Shown piece by piece: positions 33,326 to 41,511 of a stretch of 64,000 nt of DNA. The first letter of the stretch is position 1, and each line of letters opens with the position of its first letter. The notes under the pieces are model-generated. The model was not told the DNA's origin. It ran no database searches and saw only the letters and a program-made list of their open reading frames with translations. The DNA is from a virus: the IMG/VR virus record IMGVR_UViG_3300045988_152944; one strand, 5' to 3'. Both the position numbers and the translations under genes were made by a program.

Positions 33326-34318
33326 TTACTCCTCTTCTTCTCCAACAAAAAATTGAGCCCAACGCTCTTCTGTCGGAATATCTGAATATCTCTTGACCAT
33401 TTCAAGAGAATCCCAAGATTGGATTTCAGCAATAGCCGAATCCGAAATACCTTCTTTTTGCATATTGGTTGTCCACAAATGTCTCATACAGTGGAAATAA
33501 AAAGGTACATTCATCAACGCACCAATCTTCTCAGCGTACGTATTCATTTGCGACACCGTTGCTTGAACAAATTTGCCATCACTGGTAGTAACAAACAGCC
33601 ATGGCGATTCTATTCCGCGTTCCTCGCGCTGTTTCATCCAAGCATCAAAATAGGGTTGAAATTTATTTTTTAATACATATTTAGGGATCTGTTTGCCGTT
33701 TGAGCCGCGTCCTTTTGTCTTAATAACACCCGTTTTATACATTTTACCATTAAGAATTAAATGTGCGTCATCAAAAAACTCAACCTTCATCCTGGTCAAT
33801 TCGGCCTTTCTCATTCCCGACGCAAAACTTAATGCGAGTGCGCAGGCTATTTGACACTGACCTTGTGTCAAGAGTTTGTCCAAACACTCTTCGACTTGTT
33901 CGTCAGTCAACACCGTTTTTTCACGTACTGGTTCTTTGTGCACCGGTTCAAGACTTTTGATCAAGTTCCTAAAGTTTGGATATAAATCTTCGTCCAAAAC
34001 CTCAATACAGTTCGACAGACTGCTAATGGCAGACTTTAAAGAAGCCACCCTATTGGAGCTCAAGCCGAGTCCGCGCAAATAACCAATGTATCTCACAAAA
34101 TCTCGCTTTTTGAGATCGATGAAAAACTTGTCTTCATTCTCGGTGTAATTCCAACAGAAGAAAACTTTCAACTGAGCCTCATACTGCTTGATGGTTTGCG
34201 CACTGCGGTCATTCGCTTTGCAATAGTCTATAAACTCTTTAACTAATTGTCTGTTTGGCTTACTGACTGAAGGCCAAGCTTGAGTGAGATTTGCGTTGTA
34301 AACTGTTGTTCGTCCCAT
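33326..34318 (-). CDS. tyrosine site-specific recombinase (phage integrase / Xer-like)
   Basis: N-terminal SAM-like core-binding region. Catalytic signature ASGMRKAEL (R), HCMRHLW (HxxR), SWDS, MVKRYSD (Tyr). Confidence 0.8.
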   Translation of the reverse strand: MGRTTVYNANLTQAWPSVSKPNRQLVKEFIDYCKANDRSAQTIKQYEAQLKVFFCWNYTENEDKFFIDLKKRDFVRYIGYLRGLGLSSNRVASLKSAISSLSNCIEVLDEDLYPNFRNLIKSLEPVHKEPVREKTVLTDEQVEECLDKLLTQGQCQIACALALSFASGMRKAELTRMKVEFFDDAHLILNGKMYKTGVIKTKGRGSNGKQIPKYVLKNKFQPYFDAWMKQREERGIESPWLFVTTSDGKFVQATVSQMNTYAEKIGALMNVPFYFHCMRHLWTTNMQKEGISDSAIAEIQSWDSLEMVKRYSDIPTEERWAQFFVGEEEE

Positions 34319-34974
34319 TTGAGTCCCTCCAATCTTTCTATTTCATTATCGACATCTTTGATGGCATGATTCGCTGTCAAAGTTTTACGATGTTTTTTTT
34401 CAAGTTTAATTTGGTCGTCTATATCTTTATTCCACTTGGCACCTCGAAGACAGAACCAAAGTGCGATGGCATCTGACTCGTCGCGCGTAATCGATTCGGG
34501 ATCGATGTCATAGTATTTACACACCGCCGCACGGATGTCATCTTTTTGCGGTTTCTCAATCCCTAGAAGTTTTTTAAAATATGTCTTCACGGAAATCGAG
34601 TGAATACCGTTGGAATAAGTGTAAAGTTTTCTTAAATAAGTGTTGATATTAAAAACCGCGTGTGCCGCTGCAAGGGCTTGCAACGTTTGAGCCGTTGAGT
34701 GCGGTCCGCAGTTAATAGGCAGTTGTTCTTTAATAATAATTAAATCTTCTGCTTGAAGACTGTACCTATCCAAGAAATCGTTGACCATCTCATCGAACAT
34801 TTGATACATCTCGCCGGTAGGCTGATCTGTCGTTCGAGATACGGATATCTGTTGCACCTCTATGAGGGCATTTGTTGATACATCTAAAAGAGCAAAGCCG
34901 CTCTCGTATTGCGCCAAATCGCATACGAGAGCGTACTTATAATCACTTAACCGTTTGAGGAATTTTGCTTCCAT
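34243..34974 (-). CDS. RuvC-like Holliday junction resolvase (243 aa)
   Basis: Acidic residues in RuvC-like spacing: ALVCDLAQ (D), IIIKEQLP (E), DESDAIALWF (resembles RuvC DAADALAIA). Confidence 0.5.
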   Translation of the reverse strand: MEAKFLKRLSDYKYALVCDLAQYESGFALLDVSTNALIEVQQISVSRTTDQPTGEMYQMFDEMVNDFLDRYSLQAEDLIIIKEQLPINCGPHSTAQTLQALAAAHAVFNINTYLRKLYTYSNGIHSISVKTYFKKLLGIEKPQKDDIRAAVCKYYDIDPESITRDESDAIALWFCLRGAKWNKDIDDQIKLEKKHRKTLTANHAIKDVDNEIERLEGLKWDEQQFTTQISLKLGLQSVSQTDN

Positions 34975-35022
34975 TCGTTTCTCCTTGTTTTCCTTGTTAT
35001 TTACCTTGTGTACTATATTACC

Positions 35023-35841
35023 TTAGAAGTTGATAATTAACGTGTCTCCTGAAAGTTCGAAGGTGGGTATATCACTTGCCTTTGCGCCGCCTGCTTCAGT
35101 TAAAATCTCACTTGGTGTCCTGTAATATATCCAGCCGTTACTATCGAATACACATACCATTCCAGTTCCCGAACCTTTGTTAGACTTAACACTCGATTGC
35201 AACCAACTGCCTTTTACATATCCGCTTGCGTTGATTGAATAACCACCGTCTTCTCCTGTTATTGTTTGCCCTCCTGTGAACGTATTATTTCCAGCAAGGT
35301 TTGCCTTTCCACTTATATCTTGATGACTTGTTATTACCGTACCTAAATCTACAACACCACTCGTACCTTTACTTCCACCATTCATCTTGATTTCAGTAAT
35401 AGTACCAGTTTTGTTCAAGCCAGGAAATGCTGTTTCATTAACGCCAACGTCGCTTGTACCTAATGTAATATCAGCATTTAGAGCTTTATGATTAACTTTT
35501 CTTGTGTTAGGTACAGCATTGTCTGCTTTTGTACCTTGTGCTGCAGTAGCAAAGAATCCTACGTCTTTTTGAGCAGCAGTGCCCAATCCGTTGACCGTGC
35601 TTTCGAGGCTAGCGATTCTATTGTCATAATCTATCAAGGCAAACGGGAGATTATTGATTGTTCTCGAACCGTCGCCAATTTTGAAACGAACTGCTTGTGT
35701 CTGGACTCCGCTGGTGTTATATTCCGCATCGTATATCACGATTTCTCCCTTTTTGGGGATAAAAGTCGTTGCTTTTGCCCAGTTGGCAGCAGTATCGTGC
35801 TTTTGTTGTATTCTAGAAGTTATATTTTTTTCAGCAGCCAT
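35023..35841 (-). CDS. fibre-like protein, paralog A (272 aa) with the shared N-terminal domain
   Basis: Start at the internal ATG 35841 (AAGGAGG RBS). MAAEKNITSRIQQKHDTAANWAKA…KGEIVIYD…RFKIGDGSRTINNLPF. Central module is shared with the gene at 38092-39774. Confidence 0.75.
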   Translation of the reverse strand: MAAEKNITSRIQQKHDTAANWAKATTFIPKKGEIVIYDAEYNTSGVQTQAVRFKIGDGSRTINNLPFALIDYDNRIASLESTVNGLGTAAQKDVGFFATAAQGTKADNAVPNTRKVNHKALNADITLGTSDVGVNETAFPGLNKTGTITEIKMNGGSKGTSGVVDLGTVITSHQDISGKANLAGNNTFTGGQTITGEDGGYSINASGYVKGSWLQSSVKSNKGSGTGMVCVFDSNGWIYYRTPSEILTEAGGAKASDIPTFELSGDTLIINF

Positions 35842-35880
35842 TCGGGCCTCCTTTATCCATTTCAAATTGAGCCAAAAGAA

Positions 35881-35932
35881 AAGCGTTAGGATCAATTTCA
35901 CCTAAAGCTCGACGGGGTTGCTACACCCCGTC
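35881..35932 (-). promoter_or_regulatory. conserved double-hairpin leader element, copy A
   Basis: GACGGGG…CCCCGTC hairpin (35911-35932) directly followed on the minus strand by a second ~10-bp hairpin (35881-35910). The ~105-nt leader is repeated at 37971-38075. Confidence 0.55.
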
Positions 35933-35967
35933 TATTGTTTAAGTTTATGTGTGTTTATTGATATTGG

Positions 35968-37158
35968 TCATTGTTTCGGTATATCTCCATCTGTACAGTG
36001 GATTGTATAGTTACCTGTGTCTGTATCCCAATAAGAGCCTTTTGTTATTGCATTCCATTGTGCTTTCGTTCCATTAAAAGTAATGTTGGTAAGTCTACTG
36101 CACTCCCGGAACGCACCCTTGCCGATGCTCGTTACTTTATCTGGAATAACTATTTGCGTAAGAGAAGTGCACTGCCAAAAAGCGTATTCACTAATGCTCG
36201 TCACACTGTTGCCTATTGTCACACTCGTAAGCCCGGTGCAATACTCGAAGGCATCTTTATCGATGCTCGTCACACTGTTTGGAACTTCTATGCTCGTAAG
36301 CCCACTGCAACCAGAGAAGGCATACCTGCCTATGCTCGTCAAATTGTCCGACATTGTTATACTGGTTAAACTTGTGCAGTTTTCAAAAGCATAAGGTAAA
36401 ATATTGCGACCATTAAATATAACAGTTGTTAATGATGATGGAATATAATATGTGTTGTGGTCGTTATAACCAATGTGTTGGTATGCTTCATAACTTCCTG
36501 TGTACTTACTTGTGCCAAAGATGTGCCCAAATGGGCGCCAATCTCCAATGGATGTTGAATCATTTGCCCCTCTACCAGCAAATGGAATGGTTATGCTTTT
36601 TAGTGATGAACAACCATTAAAAGTACCTTCTTCAATCGAGATAATATTTGTTGGAATTGTTATACTTGTAAGCCCAATACAACCAGCAAAATTAATGTTA
36701 ATTTTTGTACCACTGGTTATAATAACTTCAAAAGAATTACTTTTACATTGTTTTGCAACAATAGGAGCAACAGAAGAAGACCCTATTATTTTTGTTAAGT
36801 TACTGCAGCCTCTAAAGGCGTAATCCTTTATATCATTAACACTACTGGGTATTGTTATACCTGTAAGTCCAACACAACCATCAAAAGCAGAGTAACCAAT
36901 AGTCGTAACTATAAGTGTATTTTTTATTCTGTTCGGAATTTTTAGATAACCATTATGTTGATAATTAGACCGAAATCCTGTAATTGTAGCTTTATCATTT
37001 GTTACAGTATAAGTAAATAATAAATTTGCAAAATCATTTCCCCATACACACACAACTTCTTGTGCTCGTTCTTTAGCATAAATTGCTTTAACCGCTTTAT
37101 TATTTCTTACTGCGTTTGTGCTAATTTGTTTGTTCTCTTGGTAAACATAAATAGGCAT
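35968..37158 (-). CDS. BspA-type leucine-rich-repeat protein (396 aa)
   Basis: About 10 repeats of AFxxCxxLTSITIPxSVTSIGxxAF (LRR_5/TpLRR-like). Confidence 0.8.
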   Translation of the reverse strand: MPIYVYQENKQISTNAVRNNKAVKAIYAKERAQEVVCVWGNDFANLLFTYTVTNDKATITGFRSNYQHNGYLKIPNRIKNTLIVTTIGYSAFDGCVGLTGITIPSSVNDIKDYAFRGCSNLTKIIGSSSVAPIVAKQCKSNSFEVIITSGTKININFAGCIGLTSITIPTNIISIEEGTFNGCSSLKSITIPFAGRGANDSTSIGDWRPFGHIFGTSKYTGSYEAYQHIGYNDHNTYYIPSSLTTVIFNGRNILPYAFENCTSLTSITMSDNLTSIGRYAFSGCSGLTSIEVPNSVTSIDKDAFEYCTGLTSVTIGNSVTSISEYAFWQCTSLTQIVIPDKVTSIGKGAFRECSRLTNITFNGTKAQWNAITKGSYWDTDTGNYTIHCTDGDIPKQ

Positions 37159-37169
37159 AACTCACCTCG

Positions 37170-37970
37170 TTATTGAACGTCAAAGGTTGTAGCTTTAACA
37201 ATGGTATTATTAAATTTAACACTGGTAGTATCAACCGTAAGTTTATTGAGTAACGCAATCAACTTGGTTAGTTGTTCTTCTGTTAAATTCAATAATGTTA
37301 ATATATCTATTTGTGTTAATTTATCTGTTAAATCATTGTAAGAACCAGAAAATAATGTAGGTTTATCAGTTAAATCATCATATGAACCACTAAATATTTT
37401 ACTATTTATTTCGTCAACAGCACCTTGCAAATTCGTTGCCGTAAGTCCAGAATTAGCATTATTATACACTATATGGTCAGCCGTAGAAACAAAATTTACC
37501 GTTCCTGTTTCGCCTTCAATTAGGTATAATTTATCATCTTGTAAAGTGCCTGCTAAATACGCTTGAGAAAATTCAGCCTCTGTCATAATTACAACGTCAG
37601 CGAATGTAAGAGGTCCTGAACCACCACCCAAGTTCCCTAAATCAACTTTGCCTGTTGAGTCAGGATTAAAATTCACCCCGTTGGCTTTCACCGACGTGAC
37701 AGTGCCAACCTTGTCTAAACCAGGCTTGCTCTCAAGAGCAGTGATTCTATTGTTATAATCTATAACAGCAAATGGAAGATTATTAACCGTTCTAGTGCCA
37801 TCACCGATTTTAAATCTAACAGCCTGGGTTTCACTTCCACTTGCATTGTATTCTGCGTCATATATAATAATTTCCCCTTTTTGAGGAATAAAATTTATCG
37901 CTTTTGCCCAATTGGCAGCGACGTCATGTTTTTGTTGAATTCGTGAATTTATTTTTTTTTCAGTAGCCAT
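37170..37970 (-). CDS. fibre-like protein, paralog B (266 aa) with the shared N-terminal domain
   Basis: MATEKKINSRIQQKHDVAANWAKA…KGEIIIYD…RFKIGDGTRTVNNLPF. Tandem FSGSY(D/N)DLTDK(P) fibre motifs. Confidence 0.75.
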   Translation of the reverse strand: MATEKKINSRIQQKHDVAANWAKAINFIPQKGEIIIYDAEYNASGSETQAVRFKIGDGTRTVNNLPFAVIDYNNRITALESKPGLDKVGTVTSVKANGVNFNPDSTGKVDLGNLGGGSGPLTFADVVIMTEAEFSQAYLAGTLQDDKLYLIEGETGTVNFVSTADHIVYNNANSGLTATNLQGAVDEINSKIFSGSYDDLTDKPTLFSGSYNDLTDKLTQIDILTLLNLTEEQLTKLIALLNKLTVDTTSVKFNNTIVKATTFDVQ

Positions 37971-38007
37971 TTGGGCCTCCTTATCATTTTCAAATTAAGC
38001 CGAAACA

Positions 38008-38061
38008 GAGCTTTGAGATCTATTTCACTCAAAGCTCGACGGGGGTTGCTATACCCCCGTC
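38008..38061 (-). promoter_or_regulatory. conserved double-hairpin leader element, copy B
   Basis: GACGGGGG…CCCCCGTC (38038-61) plus a perfect 10-bp stem GAGCTTTGAG/CTCAAAGCTC (38008-37). Two compensatory base-pair changes relative to copy A. Confidence 0.55.
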
Positions 38062-38091
38062 GATTATTTAAGTTTTTGAGTGTAGAAAAAA

Positions 38092-39774
38092 TTAATCGAT
38101 ATTTACCGTAGCTGAGCCACAGTCAAACACGAACACTACCGAATCGTCAATTTCGACTTTCGGAGCAACAGCAGCGGTGCCAGTCACTTTCAAACCAACT
38201 CCGGCGCTAACATTAGTAACGGTACCAACTTTGTCTAGACCAGGTTTACCTTCAAGAGCAGTAATCTTATCTGCATAACCGTCGTAAGTGCTAACTTTTG
38301 CTTCAGTGATACCAGAGTTAACAGCGCCGAGTTGTGCAGTCGAAAGTTTATCTTGTTTACTTGTTGCATAACCGTCATACGTGCTAACTTTTGCTTCGGT
38401 AATACCAGAGTTGACTGCACTAAGTTGATCAGTGGTCAACTTGTCTTGTTTACCCGAAATGTCTTGGTGAGCGGTGATAACAGTACCAAGGTCAACAACA
38501 CCAGAAGCTGGATTCTTTGTTGTGCCGTTCATCTTAACAGCAGTAACAGTACCAGTTTTGTTCAAGCCAGGGAAGGCTGCTTCGGTAACGCCAACATCAT
38601 CAGCACTCAAGTTGATGTCACTTGAAAGCGCTTTATTGTTAATTTTTCTTGTGTTAGGCACATAACCAGAAAGGTCAATGTCTGTATTGCCAATACGCTC
38701 CCACTTATAAGTCGAACCTGACTCAACAGTTATAAATTCATCATAACTGTCGGGTTGTCCGTCGCTCGGATTGTGCGAGTGAGCCATAAGATAAATCTTG
38801 CCCATAGTCGCTTTTGCTGCTGTAGGCAATTCGGTAACAACCTGATATTCAAATTGTTTAACCGTGCTTATTGCGGTGTCCACATATTGTTTAGTCGCGG
38901 GATTCATTTCCGCCGTAGGCGCTTGAACTGTTACAGCACCAGTGAACGCACCACCCGCTTTAGGCATTGCGTCATCAGCTTTCGTACCTTGTGCCGCAGT
39001 TGCGTAAGCAGAACTTTCGGTATAAGCCGCACTCTTAAGACCTTTAACAGCAACATTGTCAGTAGCAGTACCATTAACAGTAATCTTTACTGTACCGTTG
39101 TTAGTACCGGACGCAAGAGTAACTGTTTGGTGACTCTGGAGAGCAGTGTCTGCTTTGCCCAATGACGTTTGGACCGCTTCTGCTAAATCTGCTTTGGGGA
39201 TTCCGCCAGCAGGTTTTGAATATTTACCATCTGCCGTAGATTGTGCAGCCTGTGCAGCAGATGCGGCAGCAGCAGCGTCATCAACACCTTTTTGAGCTTT
39301 AGTAAGCAGTGCAGCCCAACCTTTAACAACAGCGTCATCACCAACAGCCACACCGTTCTTTTTCAGAACAAGCGAGCCATCAGCAGCTCCAGTTTCAAGC
39401 GTAAACTCAGCCTGTGCCGGAAGAGCGCCGATTTGTTGATCTGTGTAGGCTTTAGCACTTTGCAACGCACCAGCGGCTGAGCCAGCACTATCAGCACCAA
39501 CTTCATTTGCGGTATAAGTTGGCTTGGTCGCCGCTTTGGCCCATCCGTAAACATCAGCAGCAAGACCACTCGCCCATGGGAGTTCGCTAAATTTGTGAAC
39601 ACCATCGCCCACCTTTAATAATACTGCAGGAGGCGTGGATTGTTCGGCAGTCTCACCAGTAGCCAATGAACAAATTGCGACTTCACCCTTTTTAAGGATA
39701 AATTCGGAAGCATTCCAATTGGCTAAAGTATCATATTTTAAAGCAATTCTTGTATTAAGTGTAGTAGTTGCCAT
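38092..39774 (-). CDS. fibre protein, paralog C (560 aa)
   Basis: N-terminus TRIALKYDTLANWNAS…KKGEVA…KVGDGVHKFSELPW. Shares the AMPKAGGAFTGAVTVQAPT…NPATKxYVD and IGNTDIDLSGYV modules with 39796-41493, and the NTRK(I/V)N…FPGLNKTGT…VDLGTVIT(A/S)HQDISGK module with paralog A. Confidence 0.8.
   Translation of the reverse strand: MATTTLNTRIALKYDTLANWNASEFILKKGEVAICSLATGETAEQSTPPAVLLKVGDGVHKFSELPWASGLAADVYGWAKAATKPTYTANEVGADSAGSAAGALQSAKAYTDQQIGALPAQAEFTLETGAADGSLVLKKNGVAVGDDAVVKGWAALLTKAQKGVDDAAAAASAAQAAQSTADGKYSKPAGGIPKADLAEAVQTSLGKADTALQSHQTVTLASGTNNGTVKITVNGTATDNVAVKGLKSAAYTESSAYATAAQGTKADDAMPKAGGAFTGAVTVQAPTAEMNPATKQYVDTAISTVKQFEYQVVTELPTAAKATMGKIYLMAHSHNPSDGQPDSYDEFITVESGSTYKWERIGNTDIDLSGYVPNTRKINNKALSSDINLSADDVGVTEAAFPGLNKTGTVTAVKMNGTTKNPASGVVDLGTVITAHQDISGKQDKLTTDQLSAVNSGITEAKVSTYDGYATSKQDKLSTAQLGAVNSGITEAKVSTYDGYADKITALEGKPGLDKVGTVTNVSAGVGLKVTGTAAVAPKVEIDDSVVFVFDCGSATVNID
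38273..38458 (-). repeat. tandem 93-bp (31-aa) duplication inside fibre paralog C
   Basis: DKLTTDQLSAVNSGITEAKVSTYDGYATSKQ / DKLSTAQLGAVNSGITEAKVSTYDGYADKIT; the DNA units start at 38273 and 38366. Confidence 0.85.
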
Positions 39775-39795
39775 TGTTTTTATTCCTCCAAATTA

Positions 39796-41493
39796 TTAGG
39801 CGTTTGCGCTGCCGCCGTTGAGAATAAGTTCATCTCCGTCCGTCTGGACAAGTTTATTCACGTTCAACGCACTGATTTTTGCATCGGTCACTTGACCATC
39901 ACCAATCATCGCTGTCAGTACACCGCCGGTTGCAATCGAGAACTCGCGTTTCTCATTGATGGCAAGACCGCCATTGGTAAGGACATTATACGTAAGAGCT
40001 TCGGGTACGGGAACCGTAACATAAGCTTTCCCATCTTCGTCCAACACAACTGCGTGTTCGTTTCCGCCTTCCGTGTGTCCAAGTTTGATGCCACCAAGAG
40101 CTTCGGTTGTGGCTTGGGGAATCTCAGTCAGTGCGCCCAGATCAGCAGCGGTAATTTCAACAGCTTCAGAACCATTGTAAGTTTTACCGCCCGCCGTTAA
40201 AATGTTTTTAACCGAATCAGCAACACCTGCGTTCGCTACGGCTCCATCAATCAATGTGCCACTCAGTTTGTGATCAGCGTCGATAATGGATTGTTTCTTA
40301 TTGATCTCGCCTTCGAGTTCAGTCTTCGCTCCGCTAACCGCTGTGCTGATTTCACTCGTGACGTCTGCTGATTTAGCATAACCATCAAGAGCTGCCCCAG
40401 TAATGTATGCAGAATTGTCGACTTCATAACCGTCGGCTGTTTTCTTAACAAGACCAGTACCAGTTATAGCGTTTAACTTATCGAGATTCGCGTTGGCAGC
40501 CTGTTTGCCCGCCAGAGCTTCGGCAAGGCCATTGACTTGACCTTGTTCAATTGCGATTGCTTGTTTTTCAACCGCAACTACACCGTTAGTTTCGGAAATA
40601 GATTTGATTGTTTCGCTCGCTGCAACATCAACTTGTGCCAAGATAAGCTTTTTAATCTCATCCGAAAGCGCTTGTGTGGTTACATAACCCGAAAGGTCAA
40701 TATCCGTGTTACCGATCTTTTCAAACTTATCCGTAACCCAAATGTATTCATCATAAATATCTTGAGTGCCGTGTGTGTGTGCTACAAGATAAATGACACC
40801 AGCTTCGCCAGTGGTAGGAAGTTTTTCAACAACCTTGAACTCAACACCCGTGATACCACCAATAGCATCATCAACGTATTTCTTCGTTGCGGGGTTCATA
40901 TTCTCCGTTGGAGCTTGGACTGTTACAGCGCCAGTGAACGCACCACCCGCTTTAGGCATCGCTGCATCTGCGGTGGTCTGTACGGCTTCAACTTCCGTCT
41001 TTTTAGCATATGCGCTGAGATCAATATTTACTTTTTTATCAGCGATTGCAACGTCTGCGCCGTTAACCTGAACACCTTCAAGAACGTTAACCTGTGCGCC
41101 AGCAGCAATACCGTCAAGTTTTGCTTTATCTTCTTTTGACAGGAAACCATCTTTTTCCGTGGTCGCAAGAATAAGTTTACCTTCGATAGTCGTGCAGCGT
41201 GCTTCCAGTGCGCTAACTTTTTCAGCAAGTTCATCTGCACTAGATGCCTGGCCAAACTTCGTAAGCGTCTTGCCCGCGTTGATTTGATAGAGACCAACAC
41301 CAACTGTCGTGTCCTTAACGATCAATAATTGACCAATGTAATATGCACTATCTGCACTACCTACTTCTGCAGCGCCCGCAGCAGCAGTGACAGCATCATT
41401 ATAATTCTCAAAATAGCTGTTAGCATCCAGTGGGAAAGCAGAAGTCCTATTAAAGCCAACAGCAAAATTTAATTTACCAAAATCCATTGACAT
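39796..41493 (-). CDS. fibre protein, paralog D (565 aa)
   Basis: Shares the internal collar module with paralog C; Ala/Gly-rich coiled regions. Confidence 0.75.
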   Translation of the reverse strand: MSMDFGKLNFAVGFNRTSAFPLDANSYFENYNDAVTAAAGAAEVGSADSAYYIGQLLIVKDTTVGVGLYQINAGKTLTKFGQASSADELAEKVSALEARCTTIEGKLILATTEKDGFLSKEDKAKLDGIAAGAQVNVLEGVQVNGADVAIADKKVNIDLSAYAKKTEVEAVQTTADAAMPKAGGAFTGAVTVQAPTENMNPATKKYVDDAIGGITGVEFKVVEKLPTTGEAGVIYLVAHTHGTQDIYDEYIWVTDKFEKIGNTDIDLSGYVTTQALSDEIKKLILAQVDVAASETIKSISETNGVVAVEKQAIAIEQGQVNGLAEALAGKQAANANLDKLNAITGTGLVKKTADGYEVDNSAYITGAALDGYAKSADVTSEISTAVSGAKTELEGEINKKQSIIDADHKLSGTLIDGAVANAGVADSVKNILTAGGKTYNGSEAVEITAADLGALTEIPQATTEALGGIKLGHTEGGNEHAVVLDEDGKAYVTVPVPEALTYNVLTNGGLAINEKREFSIATGGVLTAMIGDGQVTDAKISALNVNKLVQTDGDELILNGGSANA

Positions 41494-41511
41494 AGTGTAT
41501 ACCTCCCTCTA

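Noticed and set aside
34975-35022. Triple direct repeat ACAAGG(T/A)A upstream of the RuvC-like gene as recombinase arm-type sites
   Set aside because: The repeats are very short, the last copy is simply the RBS (AAGGAG), and nothing supports a binding-site role.
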